Below, piece after piece: positions 7,757 through 17,869 of a DNA stretch of 64,000 nt; within the stretch, counting starts at the first letter, position 1; each line of letters opens with the position of its first letter. The stretch covers positions 1-64,000 of the forward strand of contig JBBDYA010000099.1 in assembly GCA_040902005.1 (NCBI GenBank), given 5' to 3'. The notes under the pieces were generated by a model, which worked only from the letters and a program-made list of their open reading frames with translations, made no database searches and was not told the DNA's origin. This stretch comes from Gemmatimonadaceae bacterium (GTDB lineage: Bacteria > Gemmatimonadota > Gemmatimonadetes > Gemmatimonadales > Gemmatimonadaceae). A program made the position numbers and the translations under genes.

Positions 7757-9714
7757 ATCTCCCGAAACTTTCGTTCGCGGCCGCGCTCGTGATCTCCGCG
7801 GCGTGCGCCCCCGCGACCCCGCCGATGAGCAGCCCGACGCCGCAACCGGCGGCCACCGATCCACGCGTGGGCCTTCGCGCCGGACTCTTGAACGCCGAAG
7901 AGGCAGTGTCGAACCTCCGCGTGATGGCCAAAGTGCCTCCGGCGCAAGGCTTTGTGGGGTCCACCAATTCCGACCTCGCCTTCCTGGGCAACTACGCCAT
8001 CCAGGGCAACTACAACGGCTGGCAGATCTGGGACATCTCGAACCCGAGCGCGCCGGTGTTGACCACCGCGTACGTGTGCCCGGCGTCGCAGAGCGACGTG
8101 TCCGTGTACAAGAACCTGCTCTTCGTGTCCGGCGAAGGGCTGGGCGGTCGTCTGGACTGCGGCACGCAGCCGGTGCGCGACACGGTGAGCGCCGAGCGGC
8201 TGCGCGGGCTGCGCATCTTCGATATCAGCGACATTCGGAACCCGAGGAACGTGGGCAACGTGCAGACGTGCCGCGGGTCGCATACGCACACGGTGCTGGT
8301 GCCCCCGTCGGACCCCAACAACGTCTATGTCTACATCTCGGGATCGGCGGGCGTCCGGTCGCCCAACGAACTGCCGGGGTGCGTCCGCTCGGCGAGTGAT
8401 CCCAACACGTCTCAGTTCCGCATCGAAGTGATCCGGGTGCCGCTGGCAAATCCCGGGGCGGCGGCCATCGTCAGCTCGCCGAGAATCTTCGAAAACCTCG
8501 TCGCTCCGCCACGCCACGGTCCCGCCCTCGAGGACACGCTGGGCTCGGGAGCGCGCATGGCCGCCGCCAAGGCGCGCGGCGAATACACATACATGTTTCG
8601 CGGACAGGAAAACGTGCTGCCGCCACAGTTCTCGCGGACGCTGCTGGACAGCCTCGTCCGGGTGCGCGGCGGAACCGGCGCGCCGACGGCCGCCGACAGC
8701 GCGAAGCTGAGAACGGATGTCCAGGGGTTCGTCGACCGGCTCTTCGCCGCGCAGGCGGGCGGCGCCGGCGGACGCACCGGTCCCACGCAGTGCCATGACA
8801 TCACGGTGTATCCGGAACTCGGGGTAGCCGGAGGTGCCTGCGAGGGATACGGCTTCCTCCTGGACATCCGGGACCCTGTGAACCCGGTGCGCATCGATGC
8901 CGTGGCCGACTCGAACTTTTCCTACTGGCACTCGGCCACGTTCAACAATGACGGCACCAAGATCCTCTTCTCCGATGAGTGGGGCGGCGGCGGCGGGCCC
9001 AAGTGTCGGGCGACGGACCCGAAGGAATGGGGCGCCAACGCCATCTTCACGATCGAGCCGGGACGCAAGATGGAGTTCCGGAGCTACTACAAGCTCCCCG
9101 CCGTGCAGACCAGCTTCGAGAACTGTGTGGCACACAACGGGTCGATGATTCCGATTCCGGGACGCGACGTGATGGTACAGGCCTGGTACCAGGGGGGCAT
9201 CTCGGTGTTCGATTGGACAGACCCGGCGAACCCATTCGAGATGGCGTACCACGACCGTGGCCCCTCGGATTCCACCCGCATGGGGCCCGGCGGGTCGTGG
9301 TCCGCGTACTGGTACAACGGCGCGATCGTCAGCTCCGAGATCTCCCGAGGGCTGGACGTCTTCGAGATGACGCCGAGCGAATTCGTGACGCAGAACGAGA
9401 TCGACGCGGCCAGGACCGTGCACCTGGACTACTTCAACGCGCAGGGGCAGCCGAAGTTCAACTGGCCGCCGACCTTCGCGCTGGCGCGCGCGTTCACAGA
9501 CCAGCTGGAACGGAACAGGTGCCTGAGCTCGGCGCGGATCGCGTCCGTGCGGCAGGGACTCTCGGGCGCGGAACGCGCCGCGCCCGCGGCGCGACGCGAC
9601 GCATTGCTGGGGATGGCGTCCCAGCTGCGCGGTGAGGCGTCGCGCTCGTGCGACCAGTCCAGAGTGGGCAAGCTGGCACAGGCCGCGCAGGATCTGGCGG
9701 GCATACAGCCCTAG
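7753..9714 (+). CDS. LVIVD-repeat beta-propeller lipoprotein
   Basis: ATGA overlap with the DUF305 stop; lipobox ISAAC; blades NSDLAF, IWDISNPSAP, IFDISDIRNP, LLDIRDPVNP, VFDWTDPANP; His motifs GSHTHT, QCHDI, YWHSA, VAHNG. Confidence 0.85.
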   Translation: MNLPKLSFAAALVISAACAPATPPMSSPTPQPAATDPRVGLRAGLLNAEEAVSNLRVMAKVPPAQGFVGSTNSDLAFLGNYAIQGNYNGWQIWDISNPSAPVLTTAYVCPASQSDVSVYKNLLFVSGEGLGGRLDCGTQPVRDTVSAERLRGLRIFDISDIRNPRNVGNVQTCRGSHTHTVLVPPSDPNNVYVYISGSAGVRSPNELPGCVRSASDPNTSQFRIEVIRVPLANPGAAAIVSSPRIFENLVAPPRHGPALEDTLGSGARMAAAKARGEYTYMFRGQENVLPPQFSRTLLDSLVRVRGGTGAPTAADSAKLRTDVQGFVDRLFAAQAGGAGGRTGPTQCHDITVYPELGVAGGACEGYGFLLDIRDPVNPVRIDAVADSNFSYWHSATFNNDGTKILFSDEWGGGGGPKCRATDPKEWGANAIFTIEPGRKMEFRSYYKLPAVQTSFENCVAHNGSMIPIPGRDVMVQAWYQGGISVFDWTDPANPFEMAYHDRGPSDSTRMGPGGSWSAYWYNGAIVSSEISRGLDVFEMTPSEFVTQNEIDAARTVHLDYFNAQGQPKFNWPPTFALARAFTDQLERNRCLSSARIASVRQGLSGAERAAPAARRDALLGMASQLRGEASRSCDQSRVGKLAQAAQDLAGIQP

Positions 9715-9730
9715 GGATCGGCGTTCGACA

Positions 9731-9759
9731 GCATTCAGCCGGGATCCCCGGCTGAATGC
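9731..9759. terminator. Perfect 13-bp hairpin between convergent genes
   Basis: GCATTCAGCCGGG-ATC-CCCGGCTGAATGC just after the stop at 9714. Confidence 0.6.
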
Positions 9760-9812
9760 ATCGACCGTCGTCAGCGGTTCCCTGCTTCCTCCAGCAGTCC
9801 CCAGCGATGCAG

Positions 9813-12239
9813 TTACGACTCCGCCCGGAGCGCGATCGCGGGATCGATGCGCGTGCTCGCGTGCGCCGGCAGGAATGTCGCGAGCGCCGTGGCCGCGAGT
9901 AGCAACCCGCTCACGAGGGCGAGCGTCGCGCCATCGGTGGGACTTACGTCGTACAACATGGCCGCCACGACACGATTCGTCAGCACCGCGCCGGCAAGCC
10001 CGATCGCCGTGCCTGCGAACGCGATCGTGAGCCCGCGCCGCATGACCATCCGGCGAACGTCGCCGGGGGTAGCGCCGAGTGCCATGCGCACTCCGATCTC
10101 GCGGGTGCGCTGCCGCACCGTGGTGGCCATCACGCCGAACAACCCCACGGCACACAGGAGTGTCGCCGCGCCCGCAAACACGCCGAGCAGGAGCGCGTTC
10201 AGCCTCGGCTGCGCCAGCGGCCCGTCGAGGTAGCTGTGGAAGGGTGCCGCGTTCGCGAGCGCCGCGGCAGGATGCGCCGCCGTAATCCTGCTCCGGAGTG
10301 ACGGAACGAGATCAGCCGCGCGCCCTTCGAACCGGATCGTGAGCGTCGTGGGCGCATACGGAAAGAACGACTGGCTCAGCGGGAAGTAGATGCTCGGACG
10401 CGCAGTGCGCAGGTCGCGGTATCGCGTGTCCGGAACTACGCCAACGACTGTCATCCACCCACCGGGCCCCGGAGCCAGAAGCCGCTGGCCAAGGGGATCG
10501 ACGCCGGGCCAGTAGTGCCTGGCGGCGGATTCGCTGAGCATCACCACGAGGGGTGCGTCCTCGCGATCGAGATCCGTGAACGTTCTACCGCGCACGATGG
10601 GGACATCGAGGTTCGTGAAGTAGTCCGGCGTCACCACTTCCATGTTCAGCATCGGGTTCTTCGCGCCCTCCTCGGCGGACTGGCCCTCCGCCCTGGGTCG
10701 GCCATCCCAGCCGCCCGTGCCGCAGAACGGGATGGCGACGACGGGCGATACGCCGCGCACGCCTGGTATCGCGCGGACCTCCGACAGTACGCGGTCCAGC
10801 ACCGCGAGCTGTTCGCGCTTCGTGTCAAACTGATCGGCGCGCATCGCGAGTTCGGCGATCAGCAACCGCGACGGATCGAACGCGAGCTCGGCGCTCTCGA
10901 GCTTGATCAGGCTGCGCGCCACGACCCCTGCGGCCGCAAGGACGAGGACCGCCAGTGCCACCTGCCCCGCCACGAGCGCTTCGGCAGCGAGCCGAGAGCG
11001 GCGGCCCGCGCTCTGCCTGGTGCCGGACCGCAGCACCTGCTGCACCTCGATGCGCGATGACATCACCGCCGGCGCGAGCCCGAACACCACTGTCGACATG
11101 AGCGTGATCGCGACCGCGCCGGTAAGCGCCGTGGCGTTGACGCGAATCTCGTCGAGACGCGGAAGGGTCGCGGGCGCCAGCGCGGTGAATGTCTCGACGA
11201 CCGCCGCGGCCGTCGCGATTCCAAGCGTGCCGCCAACCACCGCCAGCAGCAGGTTCTCCGTCAGCAACTGGACGACGACGCGGCCACGTCCTGCGCCGAG
11301 CGCCTGGCGTACGGCGATTTCGCGTGCGCGCGCGATGCCTCGCACGACGAGCAGGTTCGCGACGTTGATGCAGGTGATGAGCAGCAGGAGCATCACCGCC
11401 GCGGAGAACGCGATCACCGCCGGCCTCGTGTCGCCAAGGATCAGGCGTGGGAGCGGAGTCACGACGCCGCGCAGACTGCGGAAGAAAGCCGGCATCGCGT
11501 CCCGACCGTGAAACACTGTGAGCTCCGCGCGCGCGGTCTCGGCAGTTGCCCCGGCCGCCAGCCGTCCGATGAGGTTCACGTGCACGAAGGTTGAGTCAGT
11601 CCCCGGCTTCGTCCTGGCGGGAACGATCGCCGCCCAGAACTCCGCTCCGCGCGGGTAGTCCAGTCCGCGCGGCATGACGCCAACGATCGTGTACGCCACG
11701 CCGGTCGCGTGCAGCACTATCCGGCGTCCGATGGCGCCGGCGTCCCGGCCGAACTGCCGTTCCCACGCGCCGTAGCTCAGCACCGCGACGGGCGCCGCAC
11801 CAACGACGTCGTCCTCCGCACGAAGCGCTCGGCCCACAGCCGGTTCCGCGCCAAGGACGTCGAAGAAATTCCCCGACACAGTGGCCAGGCGCAGCCGTGA
11901 CAGGCGGTCGCCGTCGCGAATGAGCGCGGGCCACGCGCCCTCGTATGCGACGAACGCGATACGATCGAGCGACCGCGCGCCGCGCGCGAACTCGCGCGCA
12001 TGGGCCAGTGTCAACGGGAAGTTGGTGAGGGAGCGGTCCGGTGGCTCGCCCCACAGCACCACGAGCTGGTCCTGATCGCGCACCGGCAGATCGCGAAACA
12101 GGAGCGCTTCGGCAACGGTGAAGACCGCGGTGGAGAGACCAATGCCGAGTGCGAGCGTGAGGACGGCCGCGGCGGTGAATCCGGCGTTGTGGCGAAGACT
12201 CCGAGCGGCAAGCCGGATGTTGTGCATCAGTGTGTCCAT
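9813..12239 (-). CDS. ADOP-type duplicated ABC permease (MacB_PCD/FtsX x2)
   Basis: IRLAARSLRHNAGFT..AVLTLALGIG, LLITCINVANLL..R.REIAVR.ALGAGRGR, RTREIGVRMALGA, RIDPAIALRAES. Start is uncertain (12239 or 12329). Confidence 0.92.
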   Translation of the reverse strand: MDTLMHNIRLAARSLRHNAGFTAAAVLTLALGIGLSTAVFTVAEALLFRDLPVRDQDQLVVLWGEPPDRSLTNFPLTLAHAREFARGARSLDRIAFVAYEGAWPALIRDGDRLSRLRLATVSGNFFDVLGAEPAVGRALRAEDDVVGAAPVAVLSYGAWERQFGRDAGAIGRRIVLHATGVAYTIVGVMPRGLDYPRGAEFWAAIVPARTKPGTDSTFVHVNLIGRLAAGATAETARAELTVFHGRDAMPAFFRSLRGVVTPLPRLILGDTRPAVIAFSAAVMLLLLITCINVANLLVVRGIARAREIAVRQALGAGRGRVVVQLLTENLLLAVVGGTLGIATAAAVVETFTALAPATLPRLDEIRVNATALTGAVAITLMSTVVFGLAPAVMSSRIEVQQVLRSGTRQSAGRRSRLAAEALVAGQVALAVLVLAAAGVVARSLIKLESAELAFDPSRLLIAELAMRADQFDTKREQLAVLDRVLSEVRAIPGVRGVSPVVAIPFCGTGGWDGRPRAEGQSAEEGAKNPMLNMEVVTPDYFTNLDVPIVRGRTFTDLDREDAPLVVMLSESAARHYWPGVDPLGQRLLAPGPGGWMTVVGVVPDTRYRDLRTARPSIYFPLSQSFFPYAPTTLTIRFEGRAADLVPSLRSRITAAHPAAALANAAPFHSYLDGPLAQPRLNALLLGVFAGAATLLCAVGLFGVMATTVRQRTREIGVRMALGATPGDVRRMVMRRGLTIAFAGTAIGLAGAVLTNRVVAAMLYDVSPTDGATLALVSGLLLAATALATFLPAHASTRIDPAIALRAES

Positions 12240-12340
12240 GGAAGCGGCACGGGGTATCGTCATGCCGAGCATACACGCCACCCTTCGCATACCCGACATC
12301 ACCTCGACAAACGCGTGAACTGTCGCCATGACTCACGGGG

Positions 12341-12904
12341 ATGAGCAATGACATGACAGCCCGGGAGAGCTCCCACCACGACGGAGGTGACCGCGATCGG
12401 GCACTCGATCGTCTCGTGCCGCTCGTCTACGACGAGCTGCGGAAGATCGCCCGGGCGCAGCTCCGCGGCGAGCGCACCGACCACTCCCTCCAGGCCACCG
12501 CGCTGGTCCACGAGGCGTACCTGCGCCTGATGGCCGACACGCGTCCCGCGTGGAACGACCGCCAGCACTTCTTCCGCGCCGCCGCCGAAGCCATGCGGCG
12601 CATTCTCATCGAGCACGCGCGCAAGCGCGGGCGGGTCAAGCGCGGAGAGAACCCCCTGCGGGTGGAGTTGAGCAGCGCCGACCTGGCCTCGGAGAACGAC
12701 CTGGAAGAAGTAATGGCCCTCGACGACGCCTTTCGGCGCCTGGAGAAACAGGACCCGAGGGCGGCCGACGTCGTTCGCCTGCGGTTCTACGCCGGCCTCA
12801 GTGTGGAGGAAACGGCGAAGGCCCTGGATCTGTCCGAGCGCACCGTGAAACGGGAGTGGTCGTTTGCCAGAGCGTGGCTGTACGCCGCTCTCCGGAACGG
12901 GTGA
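12341..12904 (+). CDS. ECF sigma factor, TIGR02999 / ECF43-like (kinase-associated)
   Basis: LVPLVYDELRKIA, HSLQATALVHEAYLRL, AAEAMRRILIEHAR, VVRLRFYAGLSVEE, TVKREWSFARAWL. Confidence 0.9.
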   Translation: MSNDMTARESSHHDGGDRDRALDRLVPLVYDELRKIARAQLRGERTDHSLQATALVHEAYLRLMADTRPAWNDRQHFFRAAAEAMRRILIEHARKRGRVKRGENPLRVELSSADLASENDLEEVMALDDAFRRLEKQDPRAADVVRLRFYAGLSVEETAKALDLSERTVKREWSFARAWLYAALRNG

Positions 12905-12924
12905 GGACCAACGGAGAAGGGATC

Positions 12925-15099
12925 ATGACCGTGCAGAGCGAACACTGGTCGCGGGTGAAGGAGATCTTCCACGAGGCGCGTGAGCTGGCTCCGGCGGCGC
13001 GCGCCGGGTGCGTGTCCACCGCCTGTCGCGACGACGACCGGCTGCGCGCGAACGTGGATGCGCTGCTCGCCGCGCACGTCGACGCCGGTGGGTTCCTTGG
13101 TGCGCCCACGCTGGGCGGGAACGACAGGACTGACCGCTTTGACTCGGGCGAGGTGTTCGCCAGGCTTCAGCACGTGCTGGCAGGTCGCTTCTCGCTGGAG
13201 CGAGAGCTCGGACACGGCGGGATGGGAATTGTCTTCCTGGCGCGTGACGTCGCCCTCGAGCGGCCGGTCGCGGTCAAGTTGCTGCCGCCGGCGCTGGCGG
13301 CGGTCTACGAGCACCGCGCGCGTTTCCTGCGCGAAGCGCAAACGGCGGCCGGTCTGTCACACCCGAACATCGTCGCGATCCATGGCGTGGAGGAGCACGG
13401 CGACCTGGTGTTCTTCATCATGTCGCTCGTGGATGGCGAGTCGCTGGCGCAGCGCGTGAAGCGCGCGGGTCCCCTGACGCCGGCGGACGCGGCGAAGCTC
13501 GTGCAGGAAGTGGCGTGGGCGCTGGCGTACGCGCACGGGCGCGGCGTGATCCATCGCGACATCAAGCCCGACAACATCCTCCTCGAGAAGGGCTCCGGGC
13601 GCGCGCTCGTGAGCGACTTCGGCATTGCGCGCGTCCTCACCGCGGCGACGATGAGCCAGCAGGGCGAGGTCATGGGCACGCTGCGCTACATGAGCCCGGA
13701 GCAGGCGACCGGCCAGCCCGACGTCGATGGACGCTCCGACCTCTACTCGCTCGGCGTTACGGCGTACTTCGCGCTCACCGGCCGGCTTCCGTTCGAGTCG
13801 CCCAATGCATCCGCGCTGCTCGCCATGCACCTCGCGCACCCCGCTCCTCCGGTGCGGTCGGTGAACCCCGCGATTCCGTCGCGGCTGGCGGAGGCCGTCG
13901 ATCGCTGCCTGGCGAAGGATCCGGCCGCACGCCACCCGAGCGGAGAAGCGCTTGCGGATGCGGTCGGCGATTCGAACGTCGCGCGCCGTGAGATCGCGCC
14001 ATCGGTGCGACAGTTCCTGAGCGCGACACGCGTGGGCATGGCATCGCTCACGGGGCTGGGATTCATGTGGGGGGCCGTGCTGGCCGCCGTGCCTCGCGTG
14101 GCGCCCAGTGGCTCGATGATGGGGCACCCGCTCGATCCGATCTTCGCCATCCTGTTCCCGGCGAGTTTTTTCGCGGCGCTCATGCCGCTCATCGCCGCGC
14201 GCGGCGTCGTCCGCGCCGGACTGGACGAGCGCGACGTGGCCGAGGCGGTGGTGGCGTCCTCCTCTGTGCGGGACGCGAACGTCGAATACGAGCTCGCGCG
14301 CGCGGAGGGTGTGGCCCGTAGAATGTCGCATCCGATTCTTCGCGCTCTGATGTTGGGATTGGGAGGGACAATGGTGTGGTGGATCGCGACCAAGGGGCTG
14401 ATCCCTGCGTTGATGGGCAGATCGAACGCGGCAATGGTGTTCATGCTGATCGGCCTGGCGAGCGCCGGCTTTCTCGCGGCGCTCGCCATCGTTCCGCGTC
14501 GAGTTGCCGCCACGCTCACGCGCGGCACGCCGGAGCACGCGTCGCTGCTGCGCCGGCTCTGGACAAGCCCAGTCGGCCGGTGGCTCTTTCGCGTGGCCGG
14601 GATCGGGCTCTCGAAGCGCCGCGGTGGGGCCGTCGTCGAGTCCGCGCCTACGGAGGTGCTGCTGGGTCGCGCGGCCGGCGCGCTATTCGATCAGCTGCCG
14701 GCGGACCAGAGGAAGCGGTTAGGGGACGTGCACGATGTCATCGCCGGGCTGGAGCGCGCCGCTGTCGCGCTGCGCGTGCGTCGCGACGAGCTGATCGCCG
14801 CGGCGGGGGACGTTGGCGGCGCGGAGCGTGCAGGCCTGGCCGGTGCGTCAGAAGCCGCGGCCTCCCCGCGACGCGCGACACTCGTGGCGGATCTCGAGGC
14901 CGCCCGCGCACCGCTCGAGAAGCGGCTGCAGAGCGCCGTGTCGGCACTGGAGAATCTCCGGCTCGACCTGCTTCGGCTTCGCGCGGGCGTGGGACATCCC
15001 GACGACCTCACGGCGTCCCTCGAGGAGGCGCGAGCGGTGGGCCAGGCGGTCGACGTCGAGCTCGCCGCGCTCCGGGAGGTACGGGCGCTCGCGCCGTGA
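12925..15099 (+). CDS. Hanks-type Ser/Thr protein kinase with about 4 TM helices and a C-terminal coiled coil
   Basis: LGHGGMG, VAVK, HRDIKPDN, DFG, GTLRYMSPEQ, SDLYSLG; then hydrophobic helices and a LENLRLDLLRLRAG tail. Confidence 0.92.
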   Translation: MTVQSEHWSRVKEIFHEARELAPAARAGCVSTACRDDDRLRANVDALLAAHVDAGGFLGAPTLGGNDRTDRFDSGEVFARLQHVLAGRFSLERELGHGGMGIVFLARDVALERPVAVKLLPPALAAVYEHRARFLREAQTAAGLSHPNIVAIHGVEEHGDLVFFIMSLVDGESLAQRVKRAGPLTPADAAKLVQEVAWALAYAHGRGVIHRDIKPDNILLEKGSGRALVSDFGIARVLTAATMSQQGEVMGTLRYMSPEQATGQPDVDGRSDLYSLGVTAYFALTGRLPFESPNASALLAMHLAHPAPPVRSVNPAIPSRLAEAVDRCLAKDPAARHPSGEALADAVGDSNVARREIAPSVRQFLSATRVGMASLTGLGFMWGAVLAAVPRVAPSGSMMGHPLDPIFAILFPASFFAALMPLIAARGVVRAGLDERDVAEAVVASSSVRDANVEYELARAEGVARRMSHPILRALMLGLGGTMVWWIATKGLIPALMGRSNAAMVFMLIGLASAGFLAALAIVPRRVAATLTRGTPEHASLLRRLWTSPVGRWLFRVAGIGLSKRRGGAVVESAPTEVLLGRAAGALFDQLPADQRKRLGDVHDVIAGLERAAVALRVRRDELIAAAGDVGGAERAGLAGASEAAASPRRATLVADLEAARAPLEKRLQSAVSALENLRLDLLRLRAGVGHPDDLTASLEEARAVGQAVDVELAALREVRALAP

Positions 15100-15109
15100 T
15101 GAACGCGCC

Positions 15110-15949
15110 CTACCGCTCCCGGTAGTACATCCTCAGCGCGATTGGCGCAAACACCGCCACGGTCATTGCGCTCGCCACGAGCACCCACACGACGCTCGCC
15201 AGCTCGACAGTGCCGTGCATGAGCCCGCGCGACGCCGTCGTCAGGTGCGTGACCGGATTGAACCCCACTGCGGTCTCGAGCCAGCGCGGCATCGTCGCCG
15301 GATCCACGAAAATGTTGCTGGCGAACGTGAGCGGGAACAGGAGGAGAGCGCTGGTGGTCATTACCGACTCCGGCGTCTTCACCAGCATGCTCACGATGAT
15401 CCAGATCCAGGACACGCTGAACGCGAACAGCAGGATGAGCGCGACGGCGAGGAGCACACCGATCACGCCCCCCGCGGGACGAAAGCCGAGGATCAGTCCC
15501 AGGGTGATGACCATGAGCGCCGCGATGCCGTAGCGCATCACGTCTCCCAGGAGCGCACCGAAGATCGGCGCGGGCTGCCAGATGGGCAGCGAGCGGAACC
15601 GGTCGTACAGTCCCTTGCTGATGTCCGTGTTGAGTCCCACGCCGGTGTACACGGTGATGAAGACGATTGTCTGCACCAGGATTCCGGGCAACAGGAACTG
15701 GATGTACTCGCGCGGCGATCCGGCGAGCGCACCGCCGAACAGGAACGTGAACATCAGCGTCATCATCAATGGAAACGCAGTGACGTCGAAGAGCTGGAAG
15801 GGAACGTGTTTGATCTTGAGGAGCGCGCGCCATCCCAGCGTGATGGAGGCCGATAGCCCCGTCGCGGCGCTCGGCCGCTCCGTGCGGGACAGAAAGCCGG
15901 AGAGGGTGTTGCCGGCCGCGTTGGTCGTGGGAAGTACGTCGGTGCTCAC
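15110..15949 (-). CDS. ABC-2 type exporter permease (DrrB-like)
   Basis: About 6 TM helices; [39 protein letters not shown]. Confidence 0.9.
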   Translation of the reverse strand: MSTDVLPTTNAAGNTLSGFLSRTERPSAATGLSASITLGWRALLKIKHVPFQLFDVTAFPLMMTLMFTFLFGGALAGSPREYIQFLLPGILVQTIVFITVYTGVGLNTDISKGLYDRFRSLPIWQPAPIFGALLGDVMRYGIAALMVITLGLILGFRPAGGVIGVLLAVALILLFAFSVSWIWIIVSMLVKTPESVMTTSALLLFPLTFASNIFVDPATMPRWLETAVGFNPVTHLTTASRGLMHGTVELASVVWVLVASAMTVAVFAPIALRMYYRER

Positions 15950-16908
15950 GCGTTGATCTCCGATGTCTGTGCTTCGGCCGGGCGGCCCGTGAGCGCGAAG
16001 AACACCTCATCCAGGCTCGGTTGTCCGAGCGAGAACTCCGCGACGTTCACGCCGGCATTCGTGAGCGCGGTGAGCGCGTCCGCGACGACCGCCACGTCCG
16101 CGACGCTTGCCGTGAGCGAGTGTGCATCCTTCCCTCGATGGACCTCCGCCCCGAGCGCCCTCGCGAGATGCGCCTCGGCGCTCTCGCGCTCCTCGGGCGA
16201 TTGAACGCGGACGTGCAGCGTGCTCGCGCCGATGGACGATTTCAGGTCGCGGCTCGTGCCCTCCGCGATCAAGCGGCCGTGGTCGATGACGGCCAGACGG
16301 TGCGCGAGGCGATCCGCTTCCTCCAGGTACTGCGTGGTGAGCAGCACGGTCGTGCCTTCCGCGGCGATGGCACGCACGATGTCCCACACCTGGTTGCGGC
16401 TGCGCGGGTCCAGCCCCGAGGTCGGCTCGTCCAGGAAGAGCACCTCCGGCGTGACGACAAAGCTGGCGGCGATGTCGAGCTTGCGCCGCATGCCCCCGGA
16501 GAAGGTGCGCACCTGGCGCGCCGCGGCGTCCGCGAGACCAAAGGCGCTCAGCAGCTCCTCGGCGCGCGTGCCCGCCGCGCGCCAGGACTTGCCCAGCAGC
16601 CGCCCCATGAGGACGAGATTCTCGTGCCCGGTCAGGTCCTCGTCCACGGACGCGAACTGTCCGGTGAGGCTGACCTTTGCGCGCACCGCGGCCGCGTCAC
16701 GCACGACGTCGAGCCCCAGCACGCGTGCCGTCCCGGCGTCCGGTCGGAGGAGTGTCGCGAGCATGCGAATCGTCGTCGTCTTGCCGGCGCCGTTCGGGCC
16801 GAGGAGACCGTAGACGGCGCCGCGCTCGATCTGGAGATCGATGCCATCCACGGCGCGCGTCTTTCCGAAGGATTTGGCAAACCCGGAGATCTCAATGGCG
16901 AGCGTCAC
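15946..16908 (-). CDS. ABC exporter ATP-binding subunit (DrrA-like)
   Basis: [39 protein letters not shown]; 4-nt overlap with the permease. Confidence 0.93.
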   Translation of the reverse strand: MTLAIEISGFAKSFGKTRAVDGIDLQIERGAVYGLLGPNGAGKTTTIRMLATLLRPDAGTARVLGLDVVRDAAAVRAKVSLTGQFASVDEDLTGHENLVLMGRLLGKSWRAAGTRAEELLSAFGLADAAARQVRTFSGGMRRKLDIAASFVVTPEVLFLDEPTSGLDPRSRNQVWDIVRAIAAEGTTVLLTTQYLEEADRLAHRLAVIDHGRLIAEGTSRDLKSSIGASTLHVRVQSPEERESAEAHLARALGAEVHRGKDAHSLTASVADVAVVADALTALTNAGVNVAEFSLGQPSLDEVFFALTGRPAEAQTSEINA

Positions 16909-16985
16909 GTGACGCGTCCTCCCGCTTCATTCGCGAGACGTTTCATGAGTTCGATTCAAGCAAGCCAATGTGATGCGCAGTCCGC

Positions 16986-17462
16986 TCAGCCGACGCGGAC
17001 AAGCGGTTCGTGCCGGATGGGAACACTGCACGAATTCGCGATGAAGCATAGCTCGTGCGCCTGTTCGTGCAGCCGGAGCGCCAGGGCTTCATCGCCGCCG
17101 GCCTCGATCGTCGCGACAGGATGCAGCGTGACGTCCTCGAACCTGCCGCCGCCGTCCGCACGGATTACCATGGTGCCCCGCGCCTGGTCCTCGTAGGCGG
17201 TGACGCGAATGCCGGCGCGCGCACAGAGCGACAGGTAGAACAGCATGTGGCAGGCAGAGATCGACGCGAGAAACAGATCCTCGGGATTGTGCACGTCCGG
17301 CTTGCCATGGAACGCCGGATCCGACGTGCCGGCGAGGTCGGGCTTGCCGTCAATGACGATGCGGTACTCCCGGCCGTAGCTGGTGTACCTCGAGGTGCCC
17401 TCACCGAGGTTGCCGGTCCACACCACCCGGGCCGAGTAGTCGTGCTTGGATGGGGCCTTCAT
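16986..17462 (-). CDS. OsmC/Ohr-family peroxiredoxin-like protein
   Basis: WTGNLGEGT..Y..Y.R, NPEDLFLASISACHML, AHELCFIANS (two catalytic Cys). Confidence 0.9.
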   Translation of the reverse strand: MKAPSKHDYSARVVWTGNLGEGTSRYTSYGREYRIVIDGKPDLAGTSDPAFHGKPDVHNPEDLFLASISACHMLFYLSLCARAGIRVTAYEDQARGTMVIRADGGGRFEDVTLHPVATIEAGGDEALALRLHEQAHELCFIANSCSVPIRHEPLVRVG

Positions 17463-17519
17463 ACCGGGCAAAGTTCGATGGCACGGACCCGGAATCCAAG
17501 TCCTTGCCCTCGAACTGTC

Positions 17520-17780
17520 CTACGCCCGGCGGGTTGCCCCCCGCAGTACCTTGAGCCCAAAAAGCAGCACCACCGCCCCGATGAACGCGACGAAGATCAC
17601 GCCGCCCATGCCGCCAAAGGGCGACGACACGCCGAGCTGGCGAAAGACCCAGCCCCCGACGAATGCGCCGAGGATGCCGATGACGATGTCGCCGATGATG
17701 CCGAACCCCGTGCCGCCCATCACGAACGATGCAAGCAGGCCGGCCACCAGGCCCACGATGATCCAGGTAAGCAAGTCCAC
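17520..17780 (-). CDS. GlsB/YeaQ/YmgE (transglycosylase-associated) small membrane protein
   Basis: LTWIIVGLVAGLLA, GIIGDIVIGILGAFVGGW, VAFIGAVVLL. GTG start follows GGAG. Confidence 0.9.
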   Translation of the reverse strand: MDLLTWIIVGLVAGLLASFVMGGTGFGIIGDIVIGILGAFVGGWVFRQLGVSSPFGGMGGVIFVAFIGAVVLLFGLKVLRGATRRA

Positions 17781-17869
17781 GTTTCGCTCCAATCCGTTTT
17801 GCCCTACCATGGGCAACTGCTGTGCCCGTAGCTTTCCGGCAGCCATGATCCGCCCACAGACTCGCCGTA

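Noticed and set aside
15110..16908. DrrAB-like exporter as an antibiotic self-resistance marker
   Set aside because: No biosynthetic genes are nearby; the family is widespread and the substrate cannot be inferred.
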